A DNA stretch of 64,000 nt from Hyphomicrobiales bacterium (GTDB lineage Bacteria > Pseudomonadota > Alphaproteobacteria > Rhizobiales > JAKPQE01): contig JAWKVW010000006.1 of the NCBI GenBank assembly GCA_041397845.1, forward strand, positions 6,061-70,060, read 5' to 3'. The notes below the pieces were generated by a model. It did no database searches. It saw only the letters and a program-made list of their open reading frames with translations, and had not been told where the DNA came from. The position numbers were made by a program, and so were the translations under genes. This document shows positions 22,361 to 34,898 of this stretch, piece by piece. Position 1 is the stretch's first letter. Each line of letters opens with the position of its first letter.

Positions 22361-23302
22361 ATGCGCACCGGCCGGATGCGCAACCAGATGCAGACCTGGC
22401 TCCTTGCCGGGGGCAGCCTCGTCCTGCTTGGCGCAACGGCAGCCGTTTTCGCCGGCGTGCCGGGGCTCGTTTCGGCGCTCATTGCCGGCGGCATCTCGAT
22501 TTACCTGACGACGCACCTGTCGCCGGCGCTGATCCTCAGGCTCTACAAGGCCCGGCCGATCGAGGCGGGCGAGTTCGCCGACGGCGTCCAGCTTGCCTCG
22601 GCGCTGGCGGTGCGCGCCGGCCTGCCGGCGGCGCCCCGGCTGTGGCTGGTGCACAGCCGGATGATGAACGCCTTCGCGGTCGGGCGGCCGGACGATGCGG
22701 CGCTCGTCGTCACCGACGGACTGCTCCGCGGGCTGACGCTGCGCGAGCTTGCCGGCGTCCTTGCCCATGAAATCAGCCACATCGCCAATGAGGACGTGAA
22801 GGTCATGGCGCTTGCCGACATGGTGAGCCGGATGACCAGCGTGATGTCGACGCTCGGCATTTTGACGCTGATCATCAACCTGCCGGCGATCTTCACCGGC
22901 TCGGCGACGGTTCCCTGGCTCGGCGTGGCGCTGCTCGTTGCCGCGCCGACGGTCGGCGGGCTGCTGCAACTGGCGCTGTCGCGGACGCGGGAATACGACG
23001 CGGACCTCTCCGCCGTGGCGCTGACCGACGACCCGTCGGGCCTTGCCTCGGCGCTTGCAAAACTCGAGCAGGCGCAGCGCCGGCTCTGGGAAGGCCTTGT
23101 TCTTCCCGGCGGGCGGCTGCCCGATCCCTCGCTGCTGCGGACCCATCCGGCGACGGAAGAGCGGATCGCGCGGCTCGAGGCGCTTGCCACCGAATCACGG
23201 CAGGGGCGCTATGACGACCGGCCGGTGGTCGTCGGCAAGAGCATCGTTCCGGCAGTCGGGCGCCCGCGAGTTCGTGTCAGATCGCTCGGCCTGTGGTATT
23301 GA
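22361..23302 (+). CDS. M48 family zinc metalloprotease (HtpX-like)
   Basis: HEISHIANED carries the HExxH motif, with N-terminal TM segments and REYDADLSAV further on. Start uncertain (22361 or 22376). Confidence 0.8.
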   Translation: MRTGRMRNQMQTWLLAGGSLVLLGATAAVFAGVPGLVSALIAGGISIYLTTHLSPALILRLYKARPIEAGEFADGVQLASALAVRAGLPAAPRLWLVHSRMMNAFAVGRPDDAALVVTDGLLRGLTLRELAGVLAHEISHIANEDVKVMALADMVSRMTSVMSTLGILTLIINLPAIFTGSATVPWLGVALLVAAPTVGGLLQLALSRTREYDADLSAVALTDDPSGLASALAKLEQAQRRLWEGLVLPGGRLPDPSLLRTHPATEERIARLEALATESRQGRYDDRPVVVGKSIVPAVGRPRVRVRSLGLWY

Positions 23303-23407
23303 TGCAGTGCAGCACGGCTCCCGGCCCGGCTGCGGCTTCGCGAAAATGCCCTATCGACGGCGGCGCGCGGCACGCCATAATCAACCTGTTTGAAAAGGTG
23401 GAGCGCA

Positions 23408-24151
23408 ATGTCTGACACGAGACCGGCACTGGTTCTTACGGGCGCGAGCCGCGGCATCGGCCATGCGACCGTGAAGCGATTCTCGAAGGCCGGCTGGCGC
23501 GTCATCACCTGCTCGCGGCACCCGTTCTCGGACAAGTGTCCCTGGCCGATGGGGCCGGAAGATCACATCCAGGTCGATCTTTCCGATCCGGACAATCTCG
23601 GCGTCGCCGTTGCCGAGATCCGCAACCGGCTCGTGGCGCAGGGCGGCGAGCTGAAGGCGCTCGTCAACAATGCCGGCATCAGCCCGAAGAACGAGGACGG
23701 CCAGCGGCTCGATTCGCTGACGACGCCGATGCATGTCTGGCGGACGGTGTTCCAGGTCAATTTCTTTGCGCCGATCATGCTGGCGCGCGGCCTGTTTCGC
23801 GAGCTGAAGGCGGCCAAGGGCTCGGTCGTCAACGTCACCTCGATCGCCGGCGTGCGCGTGCATCCTTTCGCCGGCACGGCCTATGCCACCTCCAAGGCGG
23901 CGCTTGCGTCGCTGACGCGCGAGATGGCGGCGGACTTCGGCCCGCACGGCATTCGCGTCAACGCGATCGCACCGGGCGAAATCGATACCTCGATCCTGTC
24001 GCCGGGCACGGAGAAAATCGTCGAGGAAATCCCGCTGCGCCGTCTCGGCACGACCGACGAGGTCGCCGACACGATCTTCTATCTGTGCACCGAGGCGAGT
24101 TCCTACGTGACCGGCGCCGAAATCCATATCAATGGCGGCCAGCACGTCTGA
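23408..24151 (+). CDS. SDR family oxidoreductase
   Basis: LVLTGASRGIGHAT is the TGxxxGIG motif. NNAGI, YATSKAAL (YxxxK) and the tail GAEIHINGG are also present. Confidence 0.85.
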   Translation: MSDTRPALVLTGASRGIGHATVKRFSKAGWRVITCSRHPFSDKCPWPMGPEDHIQVDLSDPDNLGVAVAEIRNRLVAQGGELKALVNNAGISPKNEDGQRLDSLTTPMHVWRTVFQVNFFAPIMLARGLFRELKAAKGSVVNVTSIAGVRVHPFAGTAYATSKAALASLTREMAADFGPHGIRVNAIAPGEIDTSILSPGTEKIVEEIPLRRLGTTDEVADTIFYLCTEASSYVTGAEIHINGGQHV

Positions 24152-24183
24152 GGACTGCGGCGCGAACCTCCCGGTGCAGAATC

Positions 24184-24226
24184 AAAAAGGGCGCGACCCG
24201 CCGAGGCGGTCGCGCCCTTCTTTGTT
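24184..24226. terminator. Bidirectional rho-independent terminator
   Basis: 12-bp stem AAGGGCGCGACC / GGTCGCGCCCTT with a 9-nt loop, flanked by an A-run and CTTTGTTT. Lies between the convergent SDR and FmdB genes. Confidence 0.75.
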
Positions 24227-24257
24227 TCGAGAGCTGTCCGGGCTTGCCGCGCGCGGC

Positions 24258-24485
24258 TCACTGGAACGGGCAGGTTCCCGTGGCACAGCCGCCGCCCGGC
24301 ACGCCGCAACTGGCGAACTCGGCAGCGGACGTGCCGGAAGTCGCGCCGGCGATGGCCGGGGCGGTGATGAAAATCTGCTCGAGCGCGCCGCCGCAGGCCG
24401 GGCAGTCGGGCTTGTCGGCCGACATCGAGTGCTGGAGGCGATGCTGCTCGCCGCAGCCGGTGCAGCGATAGTCATAGGTCGGCAT
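24258..24485 (-). CDS. FmdB-family zinc-ribbon protein
   Basis: MPTYDYRCTGCGEQHRLQHSMSADKPDCPACGG has paired CxxC motifs. Confidence 0.8.
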   Translation of the reverse strand: MPTYDYRCTGCGEQHRLQHSMSADKPDCPACGGALEQIFITAPAIAGATSGTSAAEFASCGVPGGGCATGTCPFQ

Positions 24486-24621
24486 GGAACTCACCTCGCC
24501 AATTCGTCTTTCGGTCTTTCCTTCGGGCCGGCTTTATCACAGCGCGCGCGAGCGTTGCAAACCGTTGCAGGCGGGCAGTTTGCCGCTGCGCCGCCAGTGT
24601 TCGGGCGCGCCTTTGCGGCCG

Positions 24622-25857
24622 CTATCGTGCCGCGCCCGGATGGCGCCAATCGCTGTAATGCTCGGCGATGGCGCGAAACATCGCGATGTTTTCCTGCTTG
24701 ATGACGTGACCGTCATGGCCGTCGGCGCGGAAATTGCGGTCGGCGGCGGTCTTGACGACGACGATGCGCGCCTTCGGGTTGATGTAGATGTACTGGCCGT
24801 AGATGCCGACCGCGTAGAACTCGCCGTCGGGCTCGGTCGGCACCCACCACTGGTAGCCGTAGCCGAAGACGTCGTTCTGATTGACCGTCGGCGGGGCGTT
24901 CGGCGTCGTCGAATCGCGGACCCAGCCGGCCGGCACCAGCTCCTCGCCCTGCCAGCGGCCGCCGTCGAGGAAGAGCTGGCCGACGCGGGCATAGTCGCGG
25001 GTGGTCATCGCGAGACCGCCGAGGACGAAGGCGACGCCGTAGCCGTCGGTGAGATAATAGGTGCCGGGGCCGGCGCCGAGCTTCGTCCAGAGCTTCTCCG
25101 AGAGGTAGTCCGGCACGCGCTTGCCGGTCGCGGCGCGCAGCACCATGCCGAGAATATGGGTGTCAATCGAGACGTACTGGCGGGCGAGGCCGGCCGGCCG
25201 CTCGCGCGCCTTCAGCTCGGCGGCAAAGGCATCCATCGACTTGCCGAGCGCCAGCACGCGTCCCATGCGGTTGATGTCGCTGTTGAAATCCAGATAGTCC
25301 TCGTTGAAGGCGACGCCGCTTGCCATGTTGAGGACATTGCGGATGGAAACGCCGTCATAGGCGCCGCCCTTCAGGGCCGGCACGTAGTCGGCGACATTGG
25401 CGTCGAGCGAGGAAATCGCGCCCTCGCCGATGGCAATGCCGAAGAGGGCGGAGAGCACGGATTTCGCCATCGACCATGAAATCCGCCGGTCGTCCGGTCC
25501 GGTGCCAAGGAAGTAGTCCTCGGCGACGATGTTGCCGTCATGGACGACGAGAAGCGAGGTGGTCGATGCCTTCGCCAGCGCTTCGGCCAGCGGCTTTTGC
25601 TCACCCTGCCAGACATAGGCTTGCGGCAGCGGCTGCAGGGCAACCGGCCAGGGCGCGGCGCTTCCGGCGCCCTTGACCGGCGTCGAGAGGAAGATGTCGT
25701 CCATGTGCGAGAAATTGTGGACGATGGTGCCGGCATCGAAGAGCGTCGTCACATGATAGAGCCGGATGACGCGGTCGCGGTTCCAGACGAGGGCGACAAG
25801 GACCACCAGAACGAGGACGGCCACGGTTCGCAGCGCGAATTTCACCGATCGTGACAT
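24622..25857 (-). CDS. Serine hydrolase (beta-lactamase/class C-like family), membrane-anchored
   Basis: N-terminal TM anchor MSRSVKFALRTVAVLVLVVLVALV. SWSMAKS contains the SxxK motif, and YGYQWW lies downstream. ATG at 25855-25857. Confidence 0.75.
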   Translation of the reverse strand: MSRSVKFALRTVAVLVLVVLVALVWNRDRVIRLYHVTTLFDAGTIVHNFSHMDDIFLSTPVKGAGSAAPWPVALQPLPQAYVWQGEQKPLAEALAKASTTSLLVVHDGNIVAEDYFLGTGPDDRRISWSMAKSVLSALFGIAIGEGAISSLDANVADYVPALKGGAYDGVSIRNVLNMASGVAFNEDYLDFNSDINRMGRVLALGKSMDAFAAELKARERPAGLARQYVSIDTHILGMVLRAATGKRVPDYLSEKLWTKLGAGPGTYYLTDGYGVAFVLGGLAMTTRDYARVGQLFLDGGRWQGEELVPAGWVRDSTTPNAPPTVNQNDVFGYGYQWWVPTEPDGEFYAVGIYGQYIYINPKARIVVVKTAADRNFRADGHDGHVIKQENIAMFRAIAEHYSDWRHPGAAR

Positions 25858-26013
25858 CTGTTCCGCCCGGCCGGCCGGACGCCTCCCCTGGCGCAAGCCA
25901 TTGCCATTGCAGGCCGGCCGGCGCGCGCTCGTTTCGTCGTGGCGATTGTCGCCGTTTCGGGCGCCGGCGCAACCGCCTTCGCGATTCGCCGCTGATTCGC
26001 ATCGGCAGGTCCG

Positions 26014-26045
26014 CCAGAAACGCGAAAGCCGCCTTGCGGCGGCTT
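26014..26045 (-). terminator. Rho-independent terminator downstream of tRNA-Ala
   Basis: On the minus strand: AAGCCGCC gcaa GGCGGCTT followed by TCGCGTTTC. Confidence 0.6.
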
Positions 26046-26109
26046 GTCGGGAGTTCTTTGATTTTTGGTCTTTGCTATTTCAGCCCGCCATTTCGGCGAG
26101 AGAAGGAAC

Positions 26110-26185
<76 letters not shown>

Positions 26186-26248
26186 AGTAGTCCCTGCGAT
26201 GGCTGGCCGGTCCGTTTCCGGTTCGGTTGGCCCCCGCGGCGGAGCGGG

Positions 26249-26277
26249 ACAATAGGGGTCCCTTCTCCGATAATCAA
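26249..26277 (-). promoter_or_regulatory. Candidate sigma-70 promoter for tRNA-Ala
   Basis: Minus strand TTGATT, 17 nt, TATTGT, about 60 nt upstream of the mature 5' end. Confidence 0.35.
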
Positions 26278-26359
26278 CACCTAAAATCGCATTTTCTGCG
26301 ATGCGGCAAAGCCGGCGCGGTGCGACGCCGACACAGCGAGCCGAACGGCTCGCCGGCCG

Positions 26360-26776
26360 TCAGTTTTCTTCGTCCTCGTCGACATCGCCGATCAGATCGG
26401 AGACGTCGTCGTCCTCGTCGTCCTCGAGGAAAACGGCTTCCTCGTCGTCGTCTTCGAGCTCGGTCTCCTCGTCCTCGTCTTCATCGACGTTGGGCGAGGC
26501 GCCGCGATCGGTGCTCTCCTCGTCATCCTCGACTTCCTCGAGGGAGACAAGCTCGGCATCCGTCTCTTCGTTCTCGTCTTCGTTCTCGACCTCCTCCTTG
26601 CGCGGACGGGCCGTTTCCGGCCGCACACGCGAGGTCTCGGGACGAGCCTTCGCGACCTCCAGAAGCTCGAACACCGTGCCGCATTTCGGGCACAGGATCG
26701 GCGACCGGTTCAGATCGTAGTATTTCGCACCACAGCCGGAACAAATCCGCTTGGTTCCAAGGTCCGTTTTTGCCAC
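26360..26776 (-). CDS. TIGR02300-family zinc-ribbon protein with an acidic tail (FYDLN_acid)
   Basis: GTG start (26774-26776) gives VAKTDLGTKRICSGCGAKYYDLNRSPILCPKCGTVFE followed by a long D/E-rich tail. Confidence 0.8.
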   Translation of the reverse strand: MAKTDLGTKRICSGCGAKYYDLNRSPILCPKCGTVFELLEVAKARPETSRVRPETARPRKEEVENEDENEETDAELVSLEEVEDDEESTDRGASPNVDEDEDEETELEDDDEEAVFLEDDEDDDVSDLIGDVDEDEEN

Positions 26777-26961
26777 GGTTCCGCCTCTTGATGATGATCC
26801 CGCAGACAAGCAATCGGGCGCTCCATAGACTGTGGATCGATCGCTGTCAAAGCGTTTGGCGCGGTTTTTTGTCAGTTCTCCGCAGAGCTCGTGTTCCTTG
26901 GGTGAATCCTTGGCAAATCAGCGGCCGCTGCGCGGATGACGGACGGGGCGGGCTGTGTTAG

Positions 26962-29060
<2,099 letters not shown>

Positions 29061-29075
29061 TCCGGAGTATCCAGC

Positions 29076-29855
29076 ATGACCCTCAAGGCGCGTGTGATCC
29101 CCTGCCTCGACGTCAAGGACGGCCGCGTCGTCAAGGGCGTCAACTTCGTCGACCTGCGCGACGCCGGCGATCCGGTCGAGGCGGCGAAAGCCTATGACGC
29201 GGCCGGCGCCGACGAACTCTGCTTTCTCGACATCACGGCAAGCCACGAGAATCGCGGCATCATTCTCGACGTCGTCCGGCGCACGGCCGAGGAATGCTTC
29301 ATGCCGGTAACGGTCGGCGGCGGGGTGCGCACCCTTGACGACATCCGGGCGCTGCTCAATGCCGGCGCCGACAAGGTGTCGATCAACACAGCGGCAGTGC
29401 ACGACCGCGATTTCGTGCGCCGGGCGGCCGAGAAATTCGGCAGCCAGTGCATCGTCGTCGCCATCGACGCCAAGCGCGTCTCGGCGCCGGGCGAGGCGGA
29501 CCGCTGGGAAATCTTCACCCATGGCGGGCGCAAGCCGACCGGCATCGATGCCATCGACTATGCCCGCGAGGTGGTGGCGCTCGGAGCCGGCGAGATCCTG
29601 CTCACCTCGATGGATCGCGACGGCACCAAGCAGGGCTTCGACGTGACGCTGACGCGGGCGATCGCCGATGCGGTCGAGGTGCCGCTGATTGCCAGCGGCG
29701 GCGTCGGCACGCTCGACCATCTCGTCGCCGGCGTGCGCGACGGCCATGCAACGGCGGTGCTGGCCGCCTCGATCTTCCATTTCGGCGAATATTCGATCCG
29801 CGAGGCGAAGGAACACATGGCGGCGGCGGGCGTCGAGGTTCGCCTCGACGCGTGA
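29076..29855 (+). CDS. hisF: Imidazole glycerol phosphate synthase cyclase subunit
   Basis: [19 protein letters not shown]...[11 protein letters not shown]...VGGGVR...SINTAAV...[13 protein letters not shown]...ASGGVG...AASIFHF. Confidence 0.95.
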   Translation: MTLKARVIPCLDVKDGRVVKGVNFVDLRDAGDPVEAAKAYDAAGADELCFLDITASHENRGIILDVVRRTAEECFMPVTVGGGVRTLDDIRALLNAGADKVSINTAAVHDRDFVRRAAEKFGSQCIVVAIDAKRVSAPGEADRWEIFTHGGRKPTGIDAIDYAREVVALGAGEILLTSMDRDGTKQGFDVTLTRAIADAVEVPLIASGGVGTLDHLVAGVRDGHATAVLAASIFHFGEYSIREAKEHMAAAGVEVRLDA

Positions 29856-29895
29856 GCGGGCGGCATCAGCGGGTTCCTGAAGAAAGCGAGACGAG

Positions 29896-30219
29896 ATGAG
29901 CGGCTTTTCCCTTGAGACGCTGGCGGCAACGATCGTGGCGCGGGCGCACAGCGACGACGAGGGCTCGTATACGCGCAAGCTCTTCAACAAGGGCGCGGCG
30001 CGCTGCGCCAAGAAATTCGGCGAGGAAGCCTTCGAGCTGGCGATCGCGACGGCCGAGGGCAAGACCGACGAGATCCGCGCCGAGGCGGCGGACGTGCTCT
30101 ATCATCTGCTGGTGCTGCTGGAGGCGAGCGGGGTCTCCTATGCCTCCGTCGTCGAGGAGCTTGCCGGGCGAACCGGCCAGACGGGACTTCAGGAAAAGGC
30201 CTCCCGGCCAAAAGGCTGA
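29896..30219 (+). CDS. hisE: Phosphoribosyl-ATP pyrophosphatase
   Basis: SYTRKLFNKGAARCAKKFGEEAFELAIA...EAADVLYHLLVLL. Confidence 0.9.
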   Translation: MSGFSLETLAATIVARAHSDDEGSYTRKLFNKGAARCAKKFGEEAFELAIATAEGKTDEIRAEAADVLYHLLVLLEASGVSYASVVEELAGRTGQTGLQEKASRPKG

Positions 30220-30297
30220 TACCCAACCCGGCCGGATTGCGGCAAATATGTGACGCCGGCCAACAGGAGCCGCAACACGCGGCACGACAAGCGTTTC

Positions 30298-31251
30298 ATG
30301 GATCAGCAGGCGCAGACCGAGATTTCGCCCTACCGGGTCTTCTCCAGGGACGAGTGGAGCGCGCTTCGCGCCGATGCACCGCTTACCCTGACGGAGGCGG
30401 AGATCGCCGCGTTGCAGGGCCTCAACGACCCGGTGTCGCTCGACGACGTCGTGCAGATCTACCTGCCGCTGTCCCGCCTCCTGTCGCTTTATGTCGCGGC
30501 GACGCAGGGCCTGTTCAACGCGACCCGCACCTTCCTTGGCGCGACCGACGGCAAGGTGCCGTACATCATCGGCATCGCCGGCTCGGTCGCCGTCGGCAAG
30601 TCGACGACGTCGCGCGTGCTGAAGGCGCTGCTGGCGCGCTGGCCGAACACGCCGAAGGTCGATCTCGTGACGACCGACGGCTTCCTCTTTCCGAATGCCG
30701 AGCTCGAGCGGCGCGGACTGATGAACCGCAAGGGCTTTCCGGAAAGCTTCGACGTCACCGCGCTGCTGAAGTTCCTTGCCGAGATCAAGAGCGGCAAGCG
30801 CGGCGTCACGGCGCCGGTCTATTCGCATCTCGTCTATGACATCGTGCCGGGCGAGGCGGTCACCGTCGACCGGCCGGACATCCTCATCGTCGAGGGCCTC
30901 AACGTGCTGCAGCCGCGCCGGCTGCCGGTCGACGGGCGCGGCGTGCCGTTCGTCTCGGACTTCTTCGACTTCAAGATCTACATCGATGCCGACGAAGACC
31001 TGATCCGCAAGTGGTACATCCAGCGGTTCATGCGGCTGCGCGAGACGGCCTTCCGCGACCCGAAATCCTATTTCCACCGCTATGCCTCGCTCTCGGACGC
31101 AGAGGCCAAGGAAACGGCGACACGGATCTGGAAGACGATCAACCACGTCAACCTCATCAACAACATCCTGCCGACGCGGCCGCGGGCCGATCTCATCCTG
31201 ACCAAGGCCGAAACGCACGGCGTCGAGACGGTGGCGCTCCGGCGCCTCTAG
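30298..31251 (+). CDS. coaA: Type I pantothenate kinase
   Basis: [24 protein letters not shown]...TTDGFL...GFPESFD...YSHLVYD...[12 protein letters not shown]...[12 protein letters not shown]. Confidence 0.9.
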   Translation: MDQQAQTEISPYRVFSRDEWSALRADAPLTLTEAEIAALQGLNDPVSLDDVVQIYLPLSRLLSLYVAATQGLFNATRTFLGATDGKVPYIIGIAGSVAVGKSTTSRVLKALLARWPNTPKVDLVTTDGFLFPNAELERRGLMNRKGFPESFDVTALLKFLAEIKSGKRGVTAPVYSHLVYDIVPGEAVTVDRPDILIVEGLNVLQPRRLPVDGRGVPFVSDFFDFKIYIDADEDLIRKWYIQRFMRLRETAFRDPKSYFHRYASLSDAEAKETATRIWKTINHVNLINNILPTRPRADLILTKAETHGVETVALRRL

Positions 31252-31382
31252 CGGCCCTCACCCTTCTCCAGCGGTGGCGGGACGGCGCGGAATGGCGGCG
31301 TCCACTTTTCGGCAAGGCGCCCGGATGCTATCGGGGCGAAACGCGGCGTCCCCGGGCGATCATCAGCAACCAAGCGGCGGCC

Positions 31383-32057
31383 ATGTATCTCGTTCTTTTC
31401 GATTGCGACGGCACCATCGTCGACAGCCAGCACATGATCGTCGAGGCGATGGCCCGGGCGTTCGGGCGGCACGGCCTTGCGGCGCCGGCGCGGGCGGCCG
31501 TCGTCGACGTCATCGGCCTGTCGCTGCCGGTCGCCATCGCCCGGCTCCTGCCGGAGGGCTCGGCGGTGGCGGCCGACGACATCGTCGAGAGCTACAAGGC
31601 GGGCTATTTCGAGATGCGTTCGGACCCGGTGCACCGGGAGATGCTGTTTCCCGGCGCGCGCGAGGCGATCGAGGCGCTTGGCCGGCGCGCCGACGTCCTT
31701 CTCGGGGTCGCGACCGGCAAATCGCAGCGCGGCGTGCGCTCGCTCTTTGCGGCGACCGGGCTCGGCCATCATTTCACGACGATCCAGACCGCCGACGATG
31801 CGCCCTCGAAGCCGCATCCGGGCATGGTCCACCAGGCGGTCGCGGAAACCGGCGTTGCGATGAAAAACGTGGTGGTCGTCGGCGACACCAGCTACGACAT
31901 GGAAATGGCGGCGGCGGCCGGGGCGACCGGGATCGGCGTTGCCTGGGGCTATCATCCGCCGGCGGTGCTCGAGAGCGCCGGCGCGGCGCGGATCATCGCG
32001 CGGTTCGACGAACTCGTGCCATTGCTCGAGCACTCGTTCTTTGTGGAAGGTCAGTGA
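31383..32057 (+). CDS. HAD-superfamily hydrolase (phosphoglycolate-phosphatase-like)
   Basis: MYLVLFDCDGTIVDS has the DxDGT motif. VATGKS, SKPHPGM and VGDTSYDMEMA follow. Confidence 0.85.
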   Translation: MYLVLFDCDGTIVDSQHMIVEAMARAFGRHGLAAPARAAVVDVIGLSLPVAIARLLPEGSAVAADDIVESYKAGYFEMRSDPVHREMLFPGAREAIEALGRRADVLLGVATGKSQRGVRSLFAATGLGHHFTTIQTADDAPSKPHPGMVHQAVAETGVAMKNVVVVGDTSYDMEMAAAAGATGIGVAWGYHPPAVLESAGAARIIARFDELVPLLEHSFFVEGQ

Positions 32058-32854
32058 TGCGCGAGCTTTTCGAAATCCCCGAGCAGGAAGCCGATCCGGT
32101 CAAGCGGGCGCAGGCGCATGCGCGACGGGCACTGCCGAAGCGCTTCTACACGGAAGCCGGCACGGCCGAAACGGAAGCGGGGCATGCCGTGGCGCTCGAC
32201 GGGCGCATCGCCCATACGCCGGCAAAGCGGCCGCTGGCCTTTGCCAATGCCGCGCTCGCGGCAGCAGTCGCGGCCGAATGGGCGGCCCAGGGCGACCTCA
32301 TCGATCCGGCGACGATGCCACTGACGAAGCTTGCCAATTCGGCACTCGACGGGGTTGCCGCCGGGATGGAGGAAGTCGCGGCCGAGATCGCCCGGTATGG
32401 CGGCACGGACCTCATCTGCTACCGGGCCGAGGAGCCCGACACGCTGATCGCGCGGCAGAACCAGCACTGGGACCCGCTCGTTGCCTTTGCCGCCGAGCGG
32501 CTCGGGGCGCGGCTGAAGCTCGGCGCCGGCATCATGCATGTCGAGCAGGACGAGGACACGCTCGCGGCCATTCACAGTGCCGTCGACGAAGCGGCGATGG
32601 ACAGCCCCCTTCGGCTCGCGGCGCTGCATGTCATCACGACGCTGACCGGCTCGGCGGTGATTGCCCTTGCCTTTGCTGCCGGCGCCATCGACGAGACGGT
32701 CGCCTGGACGGCGGCGCATGTCGACGAGGACCATCAGGCCGAAACCTGGGGTGTCGACAGCGAGGCGATGGCGCGCCGGCGGGCGCGGGCCGAGGAAATG
32801 GCTGCGGCCGTCACGCTGTTCCGGCTGGCGCTGCCGCCCGAGACGGCCGCCTGA
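32057..32854 (+). CDS. ATP12-family F1-ATPase assembly chaperone
   Basis: LPKRFYTEAG...LDGRIAHTPAKRPL...MPLTKLANSALD...DLICYRAE...LTGSAVIALA. Its ATG overlaps the upstream TGA. Confidence 0.75.
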   Translation: MRELFEIPEQEADPVKRAQAHARRALPKRFYTEAGTAETEAGHAVALDGRIAHTPAKRPLAFANAALAAAVAAEWAAQGDLIDPATMPLTKLANSALDGVAAGMEEVAAEIARYGGTDLICYRAEEPDTLIARQNQHWDPLVAFAAERLGARLKLGAGIMHVEQDEDTLAAIHSAVDEAAMDSPLRLAALHVITTLTGSAVIALAFAAGAIDETVAWTAAHVDEDHQAETWGVDSEAMARRRARAEEMAAAVTLFRLALPPETAA

Positions 32855-32880
32855 TCCACCCAAAACCGGGTGGCGCAGGC

Positions 32881-34236
32881 TCAGGCGCGCGGCAGGACCA
32901 CTGTCGCGGCAAGGCCGCCCGTATCGGCGGTGCCCAGTTCCAGCCGGCCGCCATAGGCCGCCAGAACATCGATGACGATTGCAAGGCCGAGGCCGGCGCC
33001 GCCGCCGGTGTCGAGCCGGCCGCCGCGCTCGAGGACGCGGACGCGGTCGGCTTCGGCAATCCCCGGCCCGTCGTCAGCGACGGTCAGGCGCAGGCTCGCC
33101 GGGTCGGAGCGATCGACCGTGACGGTGATGCACCCGGCGGCAAAGCGGGCGGCATTGTCGAGCAGGTTGCCGAACACTTCGGCAAGGTCCTCCCGATCGA
33201 CCGGCACGCCGAGACTGGCCGGCACATCCAGATCGAAGGTGACGCGCTCGCCGACCGGCGTGCGCTTCAGCGTCGCGACCAGCCGTTCGAGCAGGCCGGC
33301 AAGAGACGTCAGTTCGACGCCACCGCCGGCACGGCCGCGAATGCGGGCGCGGGCGAGCTCGCGCTCGACATGGCGGTACATGGTATTGCCGAGCTCCTCG
33401 ATATCATCGGCAAGGGCGGCCTCGCCCTTCTCGCGCAGACGGCGGGCGTCGGCAGCAAGGGCGGCAAGCGGTGTCCGCAGGCCGTGGGCAAGGTCGGCGG
33501 CGCGGCCGCGCGCCTCGCGAATGGTGGTGTCACGGGCCTCGAGCAGGGCGTTCACCTCGCGCACCAGCGGCACGACCTCATCGGGTACGTCATCGAGCAG
33601 GCGCGACTTGGCACCGGAGCGCACGGCGGCGACGCGGCGGCCGATATCGGCGATCGGCCCAAGGCCGATGCGGACCTGGAGCCAGCCGGCAACGAGGAGC
33701 ACCGTCGCAAGAAGGGCAAGCGCCGGGACGAGATCGCGCAGGAAGTCGGCCGTTGCCTCGGCAACCTCCGTCTCGTCGACGGCGACCACCAGATGCAGCC
33801 AGCGGGCGGCGTCGCCCTCGCCGGCGCGAATGTCCCTTGCCACGGCGATGAGACGGGCGCCGTTCGGCCCTGGCAGCCGATAGCGGCGCAAGGCGGCAGC
33901 GTCGCCTTCTCCCCCGGGCACGGCAATGACCGCGTCCCAGAGCGAGCGGGAGCGGAGCATGTGGCCGGCATCATCTCCGACCTGCCAGTAGAAGCCGCCG
34001 AGCGGCACGTCGAAAGCCGGATCGACCGGCCCGTCGACAAGGGTGATGGTGCCGTCGGTCGCGACCGCGACATTGGCGGCAAGCTCGCGCATGTGGTCGA
34101 GCAGTTCGGCCTCGACGCGCCGGGTGACGTGGCGCTCGAAAAGGATGGTCAGGCCGAGGGCGGCGACCGCCAGGGCGACGAGGACGACGATGCCGCCGCC
34201 CAGAAGCAGGCGGAGGCGGAGCGAGCCGCGCGTCAC
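32881..34236 (-). CDS. Sensor histidine kinase (two TM segments, periplasmic sensor, HisKA plus HATPase)
   Basis: H-box RAADLAHGLRTPLAAL; N/G boxes FGNLLDNAARF...DDGPGI...GGAGLGLAIV. Confidence 0.85.
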   Translation of the reverse strand: MTRGSLRLRLLLGGGIVVLVALAVAALGLTILFERHVTRRVEAELLDHMRELAANVAVATDGTITLVDGPVDPAFDVPLGGFYWQVGDDAGHMLRSRSLWDAVIAVPGGEGDAAALRRYRLPGPNGARLIAVARDIRAGEGDAARWLHLVVAVDETEVAEATADFLRDLVPALALLATVLLVAGWLQVRIGLGPIADIGRRVAAVRSGAKSRLLDDVPDEVVPLVREVNALLEARDTTIREARGRAADLAHGLRTPLAALAADARRLREKGEAALADDIEELGNTMYRHVERELARARIRGRAGGGVELTSLAGLLERLVATLKRTPVGERVTFDLDVPASLGVPVDREDLAEVFGNLLDNAARFAAGCITVTVDRSDPASLRLTVADDGPGIAEADRVRVLERGGRLDTGGGAGLGLAIVIDVLAAYGGRLELGTADTGGLAATVVLPRA

Positions 34237-34898
34237 GCGCCATCCTCCGGCACGAGGTAGCCGAAGCCGCGCCGGGTCTCGATGCGGCCGGCGCCGACCT
34301 TGCGGCGGACGCGGCCGATCAGCACCTCAAGGGCGTTGGCGTCGCGGGCGTCCTCGTCGCCATAGACGTGCTCGAGCAGCTCGGCCTGCGGCACGACGCG
34401 GCCGCGGTTGAGCATCAGGAAGGCGAGCAGCCGGTATTCAAGGGCGGTCAGGGAAACGGGCACGCCGGAAATGGCGACGCGCATCTGGCGCTCGTCGAGC
34501 ACGAGATCGCCGACGGCATGGCGCGAGGACGCCTGGCCGGCGGAGCGGCGGACGATGGCACGCAGCCGGGCGAGCAGTTCCTCGATGCGGAAGGGTTTCG
34601 GCAAATAGTCGTCGGCGCCGGCATCGATGCCCTCGACGCGCTCGGCCCAACTGCCGCGGGCGGTCAGGACAAGCACAGGCGTCGTGCGGCCGTTGTCGCG
34701 CCACCGCTTCAGGATGGCGAGCCCGTCCATGCCGGGCAGGCCGAGATCGAGGACAATGGCGCCGTAATCCTCGGTGTCGCCGCGAAACCAGGCGTCCTCG
34801 CCCTCGCTCGCGGTCTCGACGACATAGCCGGCCGCGACGAGGGCGCGGACGATGTCGTCGCGGATCCGGGCATCGTCCTCGACGACCAGCACGCGCAT
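34233..34898 (-). CDS. OmpR-family response regulator
   Basis: MRVLVVEDDARI...IVLDLGLPGMDG...LVLTARG...DDYLPKPF, then the winged helix LTALEYRLLAFL...TRRGFGY. Overlaps the kinase start by 4 nt. Confidence 0.9.
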   Translation of the reverse strand: MRVLVVEDDARIRDDIVRALVAAGYVVETASEGEDAWFRGDTEDYGAIVLDLGLPGMDGLAILKRWRDNGRTTPVLVLTARGSWAERVEGIDAGADDYLPKPFRIEELLARLRAIVRRSAGQASSRHAVGDLVLDERQMRVAISGVPVSLTALEYRLLAFLMLNRGRVVPQAELLEHVYGDEDARDANALEVLIGRVRRKVGAGRIETRRGFGYLVPEDGA